The notes beneath the pieces are model-generated. The model saw nothing but the letters and a program-made list of their open reading frames with translations. It did not search any database and was not told the origin of the DNA. Positions 26,714-39,984 of a stretch of 64,000 nucleotides of DNA are shown here, piece after piece. The stretch spans positions 37,078,001-37,142,000 of the forward strand of contig OZ076409.1 in NCBI GenBank assembly GCA_964187785.1, given 5' to 3'. A program made the position numbers and the translations under genes. Numbering within the stretch: the first letter of the stretch is position 1; each line of letters begins with the position of its first letter. This DNA comes from Amphiscolops sp. MND2022. Its lineage: Eukaryota.

Positions 26714-26903
26714 TGTGGTATAGCTGTGAAGTATTTGTAAACAAGCTGTCTAACATTTGAATACTTTATTAGATACCTGTCAGAAGTCTAAACTAAAACC
26801 AGTTGCCAGAATTCATATGCTAAATTGCTTTGTTATATACGTACTACATCAATTCAAATTCATCCTCAAATTGTTTCTTCAATTTCTTGGGTTATCTCCA
26901 ACA
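26714..26903 (+). repeat. 3' LTR of plus-strand Gypsy
   Basis: Follows the PPT; homologous to 20491-20683. Confidence 0.9.
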
Positions 26904-26910
26904 ACCTGGT

Positions 26911-29088
26911 TGTCACATCGCCGCTGCCTAGTTGTCAACAGACCTTCGTGATAGACTGTTAATATTGACGAAGAAACTCTAAAAATTTTATTTAGATTTG
27001 ACGTTTAGTGCTTCAGTTTGTGTTACGTAGCAAAAAGTATTATCCTCTGTCACAGTGTTTACCATGGAACAACATGGCGCAGTCAGCACGATTGTTTTTT
27101 TCATGCTTATCTGAAAGAAAAATTGTGCTCGACACCACAACTAAGTATCTTTTTTAACTAATAAAACGACATGGGGATTTCATTCCTGCACCACAATGAC
27201 AGCCGTCTTGACGGGAAGCAATCATATAGCCGGGGAACTGGACCGAATGTCTTCCAGAATACATCGAAAGGACACATGATATTGATATCGGACCAATTTT
27301 CACGGATGGAACACTACCTACAACGGACTGGACCATTAAAGAACAGGTGTTACGGCGAGACATTATCTGGACACATCAGCCACAGAAGATAAAACTCCTG
27401 GACTTTTCAACACCACGGACTCCGACGCAACAGAATTCAACCAACTATATAGTTATAGAAACAACACTTGATGCCAAAAAACACCTATCACAGCCGGGGT
27501 GACCAAAACGAAAATTCAAAAGAACACTGGAAGCAATTGATCACTGATAAAGAAGCTCCGGATAAAATCATCCAAGAGAAAACGTAATGACCAAGGAATT
27601 GATTACCTCGGACAAACACGACTATCGAAACAGAAAATCCACCATACAACAAGCATTATCGAAACGCAAAGAGTTGAAACACGAACTGAAACGAAGCTGT
27701 CACCCGATTTTGCCAATGACGTTGTAGTGCCGTTATTCTGCGAACAGGATGTTATCCCGGAGGTTTCTCAGTCGCAAGATGTTCCCATTGCAACAGCAGA
27801 AGCCGAAATATCACCAGTGGGTACATCTGCTCCTCTCTTGACAAACTTTTCACTGACGGATATGCCAATCAGTGTTCCCAAATGGCCGAAGTGCACATCG
27901 AACCCCACGTCACTGAATCCCGGAAACACCTGAGTAACCAGCACAAATAAGCTAGCAGCTCAGTACAGCGTTCAACACCTTCCCAGTATCAGGATATGCA
28001 ATTGCGCGCGCAAAAGAAACCAGGTCATAGAGTACGTCCTCGAGGAAATACTACAATTTCTTCACGGCAAAAAGCTCTTGAAGTTGACACACAGCTATCA
28101 TATACATCGGATTATGAATCTGAGGCGCCCACCGCGCAACTTACATCTGAATTTGACAAAAGCGCATCCCAAGTTAACCCATACTTTGGTTTACGCCGAA
28201 ATCGAGTACCTCGGTGTCGTTGTGGAACCTGCGGGTTCCGCGATTGCACTTGTATCGTGGCTCTGGACAAGTCTCCTACTATTCCAACACGACCTCCGAA
28301 AGCTCCGCTACCTCTCATCCAAAATGGTAAAATTCTTGCCAGTCGCGTATTCATCCGCGCAGAAAAAACATACACTGGACTAGGAAGAGAACGGATCTTT
28401 CCTGTAGATGTCAATCTGGAAGAGATGTCCAAATTCAAGATTGCTGAAGAACCTTGTCCCCGTTTAAAGGAGTAGACGAGTGATCTCAGAGGATTGGAAT
28501 TCACTTTTGCTGTCACAAGGGTCACGATCGACATGTCCTGAGAGCCCATGAAGATTGTGAAAACTCATAGAAAGTCTCTTTTATGGTGCTAACACCCGGT
28601 TTTTATGGATTTTCAGCATTATGTAGTGGAAACCGTAGAAATGAGTCTTTTTGACTAAGATCCTTGTTTGGTACTTGGAGCCCTTGCGCCCCAGCTTGTG
28701 ACTCTGTGGTCTGCCAGATTTATGCATAGTTGGGAGTTTTTTCACTGTTTTTAGCTGTATTTACTAGCCTGAGTGCTAGTTTTGGCAATTTTAGATACTA
28801 TTCGGATGTCACCGTGGAACTAGAAATTTACCTTATTCTTGCCATTGTTTTTATGTGCTAGTTGAGCGGTGGTGGAGAGTTAGGAAGATGCCTTTTAATT
28901 TTAGCAATCAAAAACTAGGATCGGTTGAACAAAATTCGTTGAAGCACCTACGGCCTCGGGACGTTTTTCACACCTGGGGAAAAATAGGTCTGTGACAATG
29001 GGCGCCTGTCCTGGATGATTCACCCATTTCTGTAGGTTCCTCCACCTCTGCTAAGACGTTAAGCGACCGATAACAGCTTGCCGTTACA
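26911..29088 (+). mobile_element. Rearranged LTR-retroelement remnant: LTR-like segment + PBS, post-integrase-like tail, PPT and short TGT..ACA segment
   Basis: ...aaca followed by PBS tggcgcagtcagca at 27075 (same as the PBS of the 60.5-kb Gypsy); purine tract ggggaaaaatagg then tgtgacaat..ccgttaca (28991-29088); Cys-rich ORF 27996-28475. The two putative LTRs do not match each other. Confidence 0.5.
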
Positions 29089-30749
29089 GATGTACATGCT
29101 TTTGTCGAACATACCATCCAATCGCTAAACATCGTGATCTGGAAGCAAGTTTTACAAATCTTGAAGATACGAAGTGAAAGCCTGAACTGCTTCTCATATA
29201 CCGATATCCCGTATTCTCCGTGAAATTAATTGCAGGAGAAAAGAAAAAAACTTTGAAAAAAACCATTTTTACCGCTTGCATTTTAGTGGACTCAGAGACC
29301 AATTCGTGTATATCACAGGCAACTCGATCTGTTTAATCATCGACACCGTCGTTTTGAAGAGAACAAGATGAAAACAGTAGAACCGAAATTAAAACGAAAA
29401 TTGAGACTCACGCAAAAGCGACTTTCAAGTGAAACAAATAAATAACCCTGCCATCCTTTTTACTTCTAAGAAAAGAATTACATGGGAGGTTCACCAAAGA
29501 AGGGTTTAGCAACAAACTGCCACTGTCAATATCGTGAAGTGAGCACATCGTGAAAACGGACAAAAGAAAAAATACACCGGCAATGTTGTCCATCTTGATA
29601 AATTTTCGAGACAGGGTATCTTTTCCCAAAAAATATCACCCGACAAACTAGCTCTCAAATTCCGCCTGCCTTCAACCGGAGAAAGCACTCTCTGTGCACA
29701 ACCAGCACGCACGAAAAAAATCAGCGCACAAAAAATTTGTAAGTGCAACAAAAAAAGTCAGTTTCCATCCCTGTCAAGAACCAGGAGCCAACAAGAAGAC
29801 AAACTCAGTCTGGTCAACGATGACAACGACTGTGACTGCTGTAAGAAGATTGACAATGAAGCGCCCACATAAATCCGGAAAAAGAAAAACAACTCCTTAC
29901 ATTCGTTGGAAAATCAATAACATCACACCTCAGGTAATAACTACAAAACCCAATTCGCGGTACATCGGTCAAAAATATTGTCATTTGCCAAACGAACCAA
30001 TGAAATTTGCGCAATTTCCTTCAAAACCGTTTTCCAAAAACGTTGAAAAGTATTGCTCTAATACGAGCCTAGACACTAGTTTTTCTCCCAAAAAAGGTCT
30101 CCTGGGGGATTTTTCTTACGTCAAGGGGAAAAGGGAGGCTCCTCATGTTAGAGCTCCGTGGTGACGTGCCGGCACTTTTAAAGTCTGTAAGAACAAGCCT
30201 GTAAAACGATTCGTAAGGTTCCTGCTGCTTCCTACATACTTCCGAAGTTCGAAACAGCTGTACATTTTAAGCTGTAAAATAAGTACATTTTATTGACCAA
30301 ATACACTGAAAATACAGGATCTAATAGATCGGACAATTCCAAATACTTGAAATAATGCATCGTTGAGGAATTTACTGACAAAAAACATGGAATCAAGGCT
30401 TCACTGAGGCTTTGACTTACGTGCTACGGCATACCGGATGAAACACACAATGAAGTTTTGGGGTTTTCTGGCGTAACTATGTGAGTTTGGCATTTCTGGA
30501 CGTTTCTTCTCGTTGCTGTTGTCACTTTCGGGCTCCTCAGAGTTTCCACGGAGTGTATATTGTTTCTTTCTAAAAACTGCTGGCAAGGTCTCTTTTTAGT
30601 TGCTTTTTTGTCTTCCTGAATGATTTCAAGTCGGCCATTTTAAATCGGCGCATTTTCCGCTAAAGGAATAAAGCCTGACTAATACCGTGGCAAGTTTTTT
30701 CTCTTTTGTCAGATAACAGAATGTATGCGTAATGGACATTTTTTACAGA

Positions 30750-31130
30750 ACTACCAAACTACTGGACCGGAAAGCCAAAACGCATATAAGTTAGTGCAAA
30801 GGGTCCCCTTTTCATTTATTCCATTTTGAACGTTAGATACAAAACCGGATGAGACTATAGGGTTTGAACTTTTTTCGGCACTGTGCGACTTTTCTCGAAC
30901 TTTTTTGTCTCCAAAGTGTCCCCCTTCAATTTTTAAATTCATTTGCATCAAAATGGAGTTTCAAAAAGCCCAAAGGGTCTCCCCTTTTACATTCTTCAGC
31001 ACTTTGAGACTCTGAAAGTAAGTGTCCTAAATATATTATACCCCAAATAATTTTCTTCAATACTTTCTCAAGTTTTGACGTAAAATCCGGAGTGAAGCGC
31101 TATATCCGAACTTTTGACGGTAAATCCGAA
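30750..31130. mobile_element. Fragment of the HINE-like repeat family
   Basis: Family motifs aaagggtcccct, ttttcggcactgtgcgactttt and actactggaccg. Confidence 0.65.
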
Positions 31131-32159
31131 ATAATTTGCGTTTTACTGAGGGGGAGGCGTATGATCGATCTTTCTGCGCCTTAAATAATGCGCCAAGTTT
31201 AAACATTCCCGTTTTGTTGTTTTGTGCGGTACTCCGAAATTTTCGTAAAGTTCTGGAAGTGTTCAGTAACAACTAGCCAATACACATACAATAAAGCATA
31301 ATAACAGAAGCAACACCAAAATATCCAGTCGGTATCACACCCTCATCACCGAAAAAATGTTTCTAAAATTACCAAAACAATTTTGTTTTACACAGGTTCT
31401 GCGATGTCAAAGTGGAAAAATCTGGGTTGACAAACTGTCACACTCCACCGGTGGTCACTGAAGCTCCACTGAAATTCGGCCGGTGGACCTCCTCGATAGA
31501 AAATAATTAAAAGGTAAAAAGAACAAAGGAATAATTGACATCATCACCAAAACCCCGTCAAACTTTTATTAAACAGTCTTTTGCAACAATCAGGTTCAAT
31601 GGAAGTCCAAGAAAAAAAACCAACCAAGCGAGAAAAGGGAACAAAATGGTTGGACACAATGAAAACACGAATGCCAGAAGCTCAAAAACTCATTTATTTG
31701 CTAGCCTTAGCTGATCAATTCTATAACAATTCACTATGCCAGGGCTACCAGCGATCAGGTGCAGTGAAAAACCCCAAAGAAAGTAGATTTTTTTGTAGTC
31801 TCCGCTGGTCTGCAGAGGAACAGTCGCCAATTGCAGTTCTACAAAAACTGCAAGCCTGAAAAAAAAGGATGACACATCCACGACTCGCACATGACCAGCC
31901 AGGTCCTCTTTTCCCACTACAAAAACCGGCGAGTAATGCTGGCAGAAACAAAACACGCGATGCCTTTTTTGCGCCCATCGTTTGACTAATTTGTTATTCT
32001 GTCATGGCGATGCGTTACCCCACACAGAACCTCCGGGTCGTTGTCAGCGCTTAGACAATGTCCATTTTACAGTTTGTAATCATATGAGAGAAACACATGT
32101 TTTTCACGTGCAAACTTTCTTCGGTTTTAAGTCGGTGCTTTTATATAAATCAAGAGCAA

Positions 32160-32432
32160 GACTATTAGATTCGACTATTTTTAGTGTGAAAAATCCCAAA
32201 GAGTCCCCCCTTTTAAATTTTTGGCACTATGAGGCTGTACAAAATTCTAATTTTTATTTGATATTAGGCTTTGACAGTATATATCCAAAAGTTTTTTTTC
32301 AATACTATTCAAACTTTTGACTTAATATCCGAAGTGAATCGCTGTATCTGAATTTTTGACGTTAGCAGGTTTCCATGAAAAGACTTTTTGAGCCTTGGAT
32401 ATAGCGCCATCTTTAGACGTTCCCGATTTGGT
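32160..32432 (-). mobile_element. Fragment of the HINE-like repeat family (terminal part)
   Basis: ttttgagccttggatatagcgccatctttagacgttcccg matches the terminus seen at 39340-39384 and 54718-54765. Confidence 0.7.
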
Positions 32433-32462
32433 AATCATAGGGTCACCCACTGACGCATGACG

Positions 32463-33203
32463 TGTAACGTCCGGCAGTCGGCGAACAGAACGAACTTTGA
32501 AAATTTCGTTCAAGATGTCAAAATGTGCGATATCGAAGAATGCACAAGATGGCCGACCTGACAGGTACTGGAAATTGAAAGAGAGGACAAAAGAGAGCAA
32601 AGAGACCCCACCCACCACCCAGGAACGAGAATGTCCGAGATGTCATCACCCAGAAGGCGTGAGAATCAGGAATTCTGCCATCTGACAGCAAAAAGACAGG
32701 GTTGTGGCAGAAAAGTGCCAAATGAGACCATTGTGCCCCGAAGATGAGGAATGATGCCAGAGGCAGGAAGCCGATGATCACCACCGAAATGTAACTGTAT
32801 ACTTTATTGGGGCCTATCTCTACCTGTTTTGACTGTTTATAGCGTAATTGGATAATGTTTGACCTACTAGAGCCTCATTTTAGTCCTTATTTACTCAATA
32901 AAATGTATTTCAGTTAGACACCTTTTTGGACCTCGGAGGTATGTAGGAGGTCGCGGGAACGCATTAGGAACCTAGGATACGTTTTTACAGGCTTGTGGGG
33001 CGTGTCCGGACTTTGAGAGTACCGGCGCGTCGCTTCGGAGCTCTAACTAGAGAAGCCTCCTTAGACGATAGAAAAGCTCCCCTTGGAGACCATTTTGGGA
33101 TCAAAAACTAGTGTCTAGGTATGTAGTAAGACAACGGTCTCCTGTTTAAGCATCCTAGGCATTGTCCCTCTTCCTAGATGTGCGTCGCTAGCCGGTCGTT
33201 ACA
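32463..33203 (+). repeat. 5' LTR (741 bp)
   Basis: Direct repeat of 36819-37559 with TGTAAC/GTTACA inverted ends and an internal AATAAA. Confidence 0.95.
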
Positions 33204-36200
33204 TCTGGAATAGTTTTTATGGCGACCACAGAGTGATATTTTTCATTTTGCGTACAAGTAGGAGCAACTTCTGCTTTCCGGCCCCTGAGGGTCCAAATCT
33301 AGGAAAACTAATGGGAGAGTCCTAGATTATTTTTATTGCCTTTTTTCTGGCCCTTTGGGCTTTCTTCTAGTGTTGTTCCTGCGTTTTCCGCATATTTCTG
33401 AGGTCTACTTAGAGAAATTAACAGTTTCTAACAGTGTACCCCCTTCTACCTTACTAAAACCTAATAAAAAAGCTGTTCCGGCCTATCCGGGACGTATTTT
33501 AAAGGGTTTTCTAGCTTAATTTCAGCTAATTTGCAATGTATAGGGACAGAGAGGACGAATGCTGAAGGTTTCCACCAGCTGTTATGACGTGACGACGTCC
33601 TACACGACTACTCCTCCCACGCCCCTGCAATTGCAATACTCCACGTCATACGGGTGAAATCGTCCATTTTCTTAATTTAAAGGCCCAAAAAGAGTATTTC
33701 CAGGCCTATTCCCACTATAACTAACTGAGAAGAATACCCAAAGGGTATTCCGATCAGTTTTAAAAAAAATTTGAGCTCGAAAACATCGAAAATAACGTCA
33801 TTTATAGCTCAAATACCGAAATTTTGAATTTTGAAAGCCACTATTTTGTCAAATAGAGTAAGGCCAGTGGGAATACTGGAAAAACGTTCCAATAGACCCC
33901 CTGGGTCAGGAACAAATAAACTCGCAGGGCCACTTTTCCAAAATTAGCGAAAAATACAGCGATTTTTGTTGGAAAATCGTCAAATTTGGCCATTTTGACC
34001 CAATTTGACGAAGGCAAAGCATTGGAGATTAGCTTCCAAGCTTCTAAATCAGCCCAAAAACCCTTTTCGCTAGCTTGGTAGTACGAAATACTATTGCCAA
34101 GTTGCTTTTTAAGGCTCCCCAATAGAAATTGAAACTTTAACGACCTGTTTCTTTTGATATACATAGACCTGAGTAAAGGACCCCATAGACCTGAGAGATA
34201 CAACATCAAAAATAATAACTGAACGAACCCCAACCCCTCAAAATAAGTTGTCACACTTCCTTACAATACTATTGAAACAATCTCAAACATCCAAGAATTG
34301 ACAGACAAGAATTTCTTGGCGAAAACACGTTATTTGAGTGTTGTTCCGAGAGTGTAAAAAGTGTAACTTGAGAATTTTTTGAGAGACCTTATTTGGAACC
34401 TACCAGGTTTCGCTTGCCTATTTTCTGTTATTATAGAGTGCAACGTTACAAACGCGGAAAACCGCGAGTGATTCCAACCAGTGGTTGTTGAGAAATAGTC
34501 GAAAACGCGTTATTTTTGCGACATTTTGGGAACCATATAGTAGTGCTTCCAGCACAGGTCGAAATCTCTCCTAGTAGAAGCAGCCTCAAACAGATCACTT
34601 CAACGTGTAGACCAAAAAATGTTACGTTGGTGGTGTAATTTTCGTAGCGCTAGCATTACTAGTGATCAAGAAATCTTAGCCGAAGTTTTGCTCAAAAATC
34701 GTGTGGGAATGTCGAAAAATTTGAATTTTAGTTGAGCATAGTGCAATAACTCGCAGGTATCTCAACACTAAAATTCTTGCATTTTCGTGCGCACGGCACT
34801 AGATCACGACGATTTGTGCAATTTGAGCAGCCGGCTACTAGCCAAAGCTGAGAAATTGACATTTTTGTGATTTTTGACCCGAAAAAGTGGTACCTCTGGT
34901 ACATCAAGGTTTTGTCACTTCATATCGCCAGATATTGATCAAGGCACCTCGCCGCTCTGTTTTTCTCTTACGTGGGCAAAGGTTGCGCTCGTAGGCAAAA
35001 TTTCAGGTGGCTGGGAAGTCTAGAAGGCGAGTTTGACCACTTTTTGTGAATTTCACGACATAGTCAAATTTTCAGTGAACATTGTTAAGTGGCCGTGACA
35101 CCCACAGGGTCAATTTTGACGCAATCGGAGGTTTATTCCACACGATTCCGCCAGTGTAATAAACGGTGTGAAATTTTCAGGTCGCTAGCAGCGCTAGATG
35201 TGATTTTCACCTTCCCCGGAGGTGCATGTTGACAAAAAAATTGTTGATTTTGGGCATTTTTGCAAAAAATCACATAGTTTTTGTCAGTGTACGTGCCAGT
35301 AAGGGCCAAGGTGACCCCATTAGCATACTAGGCCCCCTCAGGTCGCCTTGTTGAATCACTTTGATTAGTGCTAAGTTGACCCTAAGATCTCGGGTCTCTG
35401 AGAAAACCGGTCTACGAGACATAGAGGTGAAAAACCGAAAATGGAAATTGGCTTCCTGACTGCTATCAAAGTCACCCAAGTGCAATCTATCCATTGTGAA
35501 CATGCATGCTCAATGTTTTGTGTACCCCGTGGGTGCAAGAGCACGTTTATAGGCACTTTTAGAGGTTCAGACTTTGAACGCAGTGCGTCTCAAAACAGAA
35601 CAACAAGTACACTGGTGACTGCCATAGTGGAAAAAGAACGCTTTTTCTGATCGTACTACGATCGTAAGGCAAGAAACCACTTCAAACTCAGTGTCTCTCC
35701 TTCTACTCACCCCAAGGTCTACCCGTAGTCCCTATTTACATTTTGGCCATCACTTGTGCTCTCCAGAAACATGGCAACATGAGTGACAAGCGGACATTTC
35801 AGACAATCTAACATCTGTAGCCAAGCAGGCTTCTCAAGAAATCAGTGTTCGCTGCTCAATTCATGCCTAAGGTGTACCTTGGTGCTCGGTACCACAGTTG
35901 CGTGAACCATGTCGATGTGAAAACACCGGACAAGAGATTGGCCCGGGGAGTACCCATACTCTCCCGAGAGAATTCAACACCAAGCATGATGAAACACCTA
36001 GAGCTTCGAAGCTCTGAGAACTGCTTGGCCAGCGGCCGTGCTTTTAGAACTCAAATAATTGCTCTGGAACTTGTTTTTAATGCCAAAGTCTGTTTTGATT
36101 ATCTATCATGCCTGATTTTTGACTTTTATTGGTTCTGCTCTATCATCATCGTTAGTGACATTTTCCCCTCTTGAGAAGTAGTTTGTTTCCATCTCTTGCA

Positions 36201-36818
36201 TATACGCTGGTGCTTGTACTACCTAGACAATAACTTTAACTGAGCGTACACTGCTGACACAATAGATTGAATAGTTCCTCATTTTGGTGATATTTTTGAT
36301 TTTTTGAGGCCTGTTTCACCATTAGTGCTAGTTTTTGTGCAGTCTCTGTTGGCTATGAACTACGACACTTTTGCAAGACCACAGCTGTTACTTTCATTTT
36401 TCGCTTTTCAAGTGCTATCGTGCATTTTGTAAAACCTAACCTATCAGGTGGGCCCCTGGCCAGTGCCAAACCTGTTGTGATGAGTGCTTTTTATGCAGAT
36501 GCAAAAAGGTGCTGAAAATTTTGAAATTTTGGTGCGAAATTAAAAGTTTGAAATTGTTTTGAATATAACGCTAAGTGTCTAAAGTTGCTAATATTTTTCC
36601 AGTGCAAGAAACTGTTGTTGGTGTGGAATCGAAGGAAGCCTGCTAGGCTGGCAAAAACTCATGTTTTTGGGCAATAACGTGTTTTTGGGCAACGACTTCC
36701 ATTTAGATTCCTGAAGTACCATGTTGCAACAGTATCACTGGATCACTGGATGGTAGCAACCAAGATGTGAACGTCCTCTCTCGTTTGTCGAGGACGACAA
36801 ACTACGGCCCGGGGAGGA

Positions 36819-37559
36819 TGTAACGTCCGGCAGTCGGCGAACAGAACGAACTTTGAAAATTTCGTTCAAGATGTCAAAATGTGCGATATCGAAGAATGCA
36901 CAAGATGGCCGACCTGACAGGTACTGGAAATTGAAAAAGAAGACAAAAGAGAGCAAAGAGACCCCACCCACCACCCAGGAACGAGAATGTCTGAGATGTC
37001 ATCACCCAGAAGGCGTGAGAATCAGGAATTCTGCCATCTGACAGCAACAAGACAGGGTTGTGGCAGAAAAGTGCCAAATGAGACCATTGTGCCCCGAAGA
37101 TGAGCAGTGATGCCAGAGGCAGGAAGCCGATGATCGCCACCGAAATGTAACTGTATACTTTATTGGGGCCTATCCCCACCTGTTTTGACTGTTTATAGCG
37201 TATTTGGATAATGTTTGACCTACTAGGTCCTCATTTTAGTCCTTATTTACTCAATAAAATGTATTTCAGTTAGACACCTTTTTGGACCTCGGAGGTATGT
37301 AGGAGGTCGCGGGAACGCATTAGGAACCTAGGATACGTTTTTACAGGCTTGTGGGGCGTGTCCGGACTTTGAGAGTACCGGCGCGTCGCTTCGGAGCTCT
37401 AACTAGAGAAGCCTCCTTAGACGATAGAAAAGTCCCCCTTGGAGACCATTTTGGGATCAAAAACTAGTGTCTAGGTATGTAGTAAGACAACGGTCTCCTG
37501 TTTAAGCATCCTAGGCATTGTCCCTCTTCCTAGATGTGCGTCGCTAGCCGGTCGTTACA
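36819..37559 (+). repeat. 3' LTR (741 bp)
   Basis: Direct repeat of 32463-33203, preceded by a purine tract. Confidence 0.95.
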
Positions 37560-37628
37560 ACGCACACCATCATCAGAGACCTAAACGAAGTCAAAATAAC
37601 ATAAACAGGAAGTGTGAGATTCGGCGAC

Positions 37629-37629
<1 letters not shown>

Positions 37630-37700
<71 letters not shown>
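37630..37700. repeat. (CT)n microsatellite, ~35 units with one interruption
   Basis: Seen directly. Confidence 0.98.
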
Positions 37701-37705
<5 letters not shown>

Positions 37706-38893
37706 TTTTCGATCTGTTATCTCATATCTCTCTCTCGCATCACCAGTCTGGAACTTGAAAGAAGAGCAGCCGAGGGAGAGTTTGTTCTTTCACAACGAGA
37801 TTTGGGTGGAAAATGTAATTTTGAACCGGTAGTTTAACAACTCCATTGGTAACATCATACTTCATGTTTGATTGACTTCAACATTTTGAAGTATGATACA
37901 TTCTCTAGGCTCTACTTTCCAAAAATCGATGTTTTCGTTTTATTACGCTGTCTTAGTCAGCTCAAAAATCAACTTTCGGACAAGATCAACTCTGAGGATC
38001 AACTTTGGAAAATATAATTTTACTGGCTAGTTATACGCAGTTTCCCGGTGAAAACTATACACTTTTCATTTTTGATTAAATATCCAGAGTTAATTGACAT
38101 TACAATAATCCTAGCTTGTTCTTAGCTTTAGTGCTTTTAGAACAAGTTCAAGAATGTAAAGTCATAGTCTAAAGTATCATATCTTTGACTGAATCTGTCA
38201 GAAAAATGAAAACGCTTCATCATGTTTCCCTTCTACAAGAATGCAATTTTTTGAAGATTTCTTCAAGAAAATGAGGAAAATACTATAACGGAATCTTGAG
38301 AGCTCCAGCTCCAGTTGGTTATAATTGCAAAAGTGCTGAGACCATATGGGGAGAGAAAGAGAGACAACAAACAACGTGAAATTTATAATTCGCATAAGTT
38401 GCGTCTTGTTCCATATATCAAACTAACTTCATCTTCAATATAACGGAACCATGAATCTAATGTATGGTTGACATGATATAAGCTGGATTTTCACACTGAG
38501 AATTGATTTACGTGATCCTTGAATGATTTCACTGTAATCGGTGAAAATTTCGGATGTTTTTTCATGTATGTTACCTTCCAATACATAAAAGACTTACCAT
38601 AGTCTGCCATTATAAAACTGAATGATCTCAAGCTGATCTTAAACTGGTCATAGGTGTTTATGCTTACAGGCTGACCAAAATCTTAACCATATAATCTGAC
38701 TTCAGTCTATAGTCAGTCTGTTTCCATAAACGAAACATTAGCAGAACGTTTCGCTGGATAACCTCCAAACAAAAAACGTGCTGATCATGAAAATTTAGTC
38801 ATACATACAAAACAAAACCATTCAAAACATGAAACTATAAAAGTCATACAATTGTATGATCAATCGTCGAATGGTAATTGTAAGGTGAACATC

Positions 38894-39384
38894 TTTTTAG
38901 TCGGCGCTTTATCCTTTTAAGGAAAAATGCCCGACTATAGCAGTGACCTTTTTTTTTCTTCAGCCTCACACTGAAAGGTCCACTTTTCTTACAATCCTTA
39001 CAATCTTGAAATCTTACAATTCTTTCTTAGCAAATTTAAAATACTGGCGCAAAAGCTTGCGAAGTAGTATTTTTACATCATCTAAGAAACTCAACGGGAC
39101 CAAAGGGTACGCCCTCCTTACAGTATTTTCGGCTCTGTGGGACTCTTTTTTCGAAAAAAACTTTTAATGTCTCAAAAGGCTCCCCCCTTCGAGTTTTCTC
39201 AAATTTCGCAACTGAATGTATGTTAATCAATCCCAAAGGATCCCCCCTTCTACATTTTTCGGTACTATGCGACTTTTTTTGAAAGAATTTTTTTTTCAAA
39301 AATTACAAGTTTTTTTCCAAAAAAAATGTTTTGCGCTTTTTGAGCCTTAGATATGGCGCCGACTTTAGACGTTCTCGTCTTGTT
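38894..39384 (-). mobile_element. Helentron-like non-autonomous element (HINE), both ends present
   Basis: Minus-strand 5' end aacaagacgagaacgtctaaAGTCGGCGC; 3' end tagtcgggc...aaaGCGCCGACTaaaaa (subterminal inverted repeat plus stem-loop); T-run boundaries, no TSD; internal aagggggg-ccct subrepeats. Confidence 0.65.
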
Positions 39385-39589
39385 ATACTATGTTTGGATT
39401 ATAAAGTATGTCTTTTTATGGATTAAATGTTTTGTACCAGTCTAATTTGTTAATAAGTAGTATTACGTAAGCAATCAATGCGGATGCTGATGATTTTACC
39501 GGTCCCTCCTCAACTAAGGTATCATTTTGTACCGGAAACGTGAGAAACTTTACCTAATAGCCAAGTTTTGGCAACTGTTGCTCGAATGA

Positions 39590-39780
39590 AGCACAAAGCT
39601 ATATACCGTCAAGCACTCACCATCGCCGTTCCGTTAATACAGGTGGAGGAACCCATGACAAGGGTATTTGCCCGGGACAGGCGCCCATAGCCATGAGTCC
39701 ATTTTGCCTCCCTTGGGTAAAAACTGTCCCGTTAGAGGAGGGTTCCGCTTCGTGTAGAGCGCTCGCCGGCCTGGTCCAGT
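39590..39780 (-). repeat. LTR-like fragment homologous to 28991-29088
   Basis: Reverse complement reads atgggcgcctgtcc...ggttcctccacct, as at 28998-29048. Confidence 0.6.
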
Positions 39781-39984
39781 CTTTAATTGATGTCAGTAAC
39801 CTGATTTACGCTTTGTCTTCGAAACTACCGCTTAGACAGCCTTTGAAATTGTTCCAAAAGGAAATGATGTTAAATTTTCGTCACTCAGGGTGACTTCATA
39901 TCTAAGATTGAGGAATAAGATCTAAAGTTGACAAAGTAGCCATAAAATCACACCAATGTCCAGGAATCTTGTCCGCAACAAGTA

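Larger units (their letters stand above)
20491..26903 (+). mobile_element. Full-length but decayed Ty3/Gypsy LTR retrotransposon
   Basis: LTRs 20491-20683 and 26714-26903 (TG..CA, ~85% similar by eye); PBS tggcgctgcgagc at 20684; PPT aaaaagaggga before the 3' LTR; flanks acatg/acctg (5-bp TSD, 1 mismatch); gag zinc knuckles CFRCG..H..C, protease IIDTGS, RT VFIDD, RNase H DHKAL/ADHLSR, integrase VALNFAGP/GNGKIE. Confidence 0.95.
32463..37559 (+). mobile_element. Non-autonomous LTR retrotransposon (BEL/Pao-like PPT) with 741-bp LTRs and a non-coding 3.6-kb interior
   Basis: LTRs 32463-33203 and 36819-37559, tgtaac..gttaca, about 14 substitutions by eye; PPT ggcccggggagga before the 3' LTR; no gag/pol motifs in any internal ORF; TSD ambiguous. 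Confidence 0.88.

Noticed and set aside
30520..30550. Minus-strand ctgagga-gccc-gaaa, minimal hammerhead-like
   Set aside because: Stem II is implausibly short and there is no stem III.
32497..32685. 62-aa ORF present in both LTRs (also 36853-37041)
   Set aside because: Conservation follows trivially from LTR identity; no recognisable motif.
37614..37832. ORF with an SLSLSL run
   Set aside because: Translation of the (CT)n microsatellite.
38198..38640. Possible host exons on the minus strand (hydrophobic ORF start, ag/gtaagt sites)
   Set aside because: Stops in the candidate frames and no recognisable homology; cannot be supported without RNA data.
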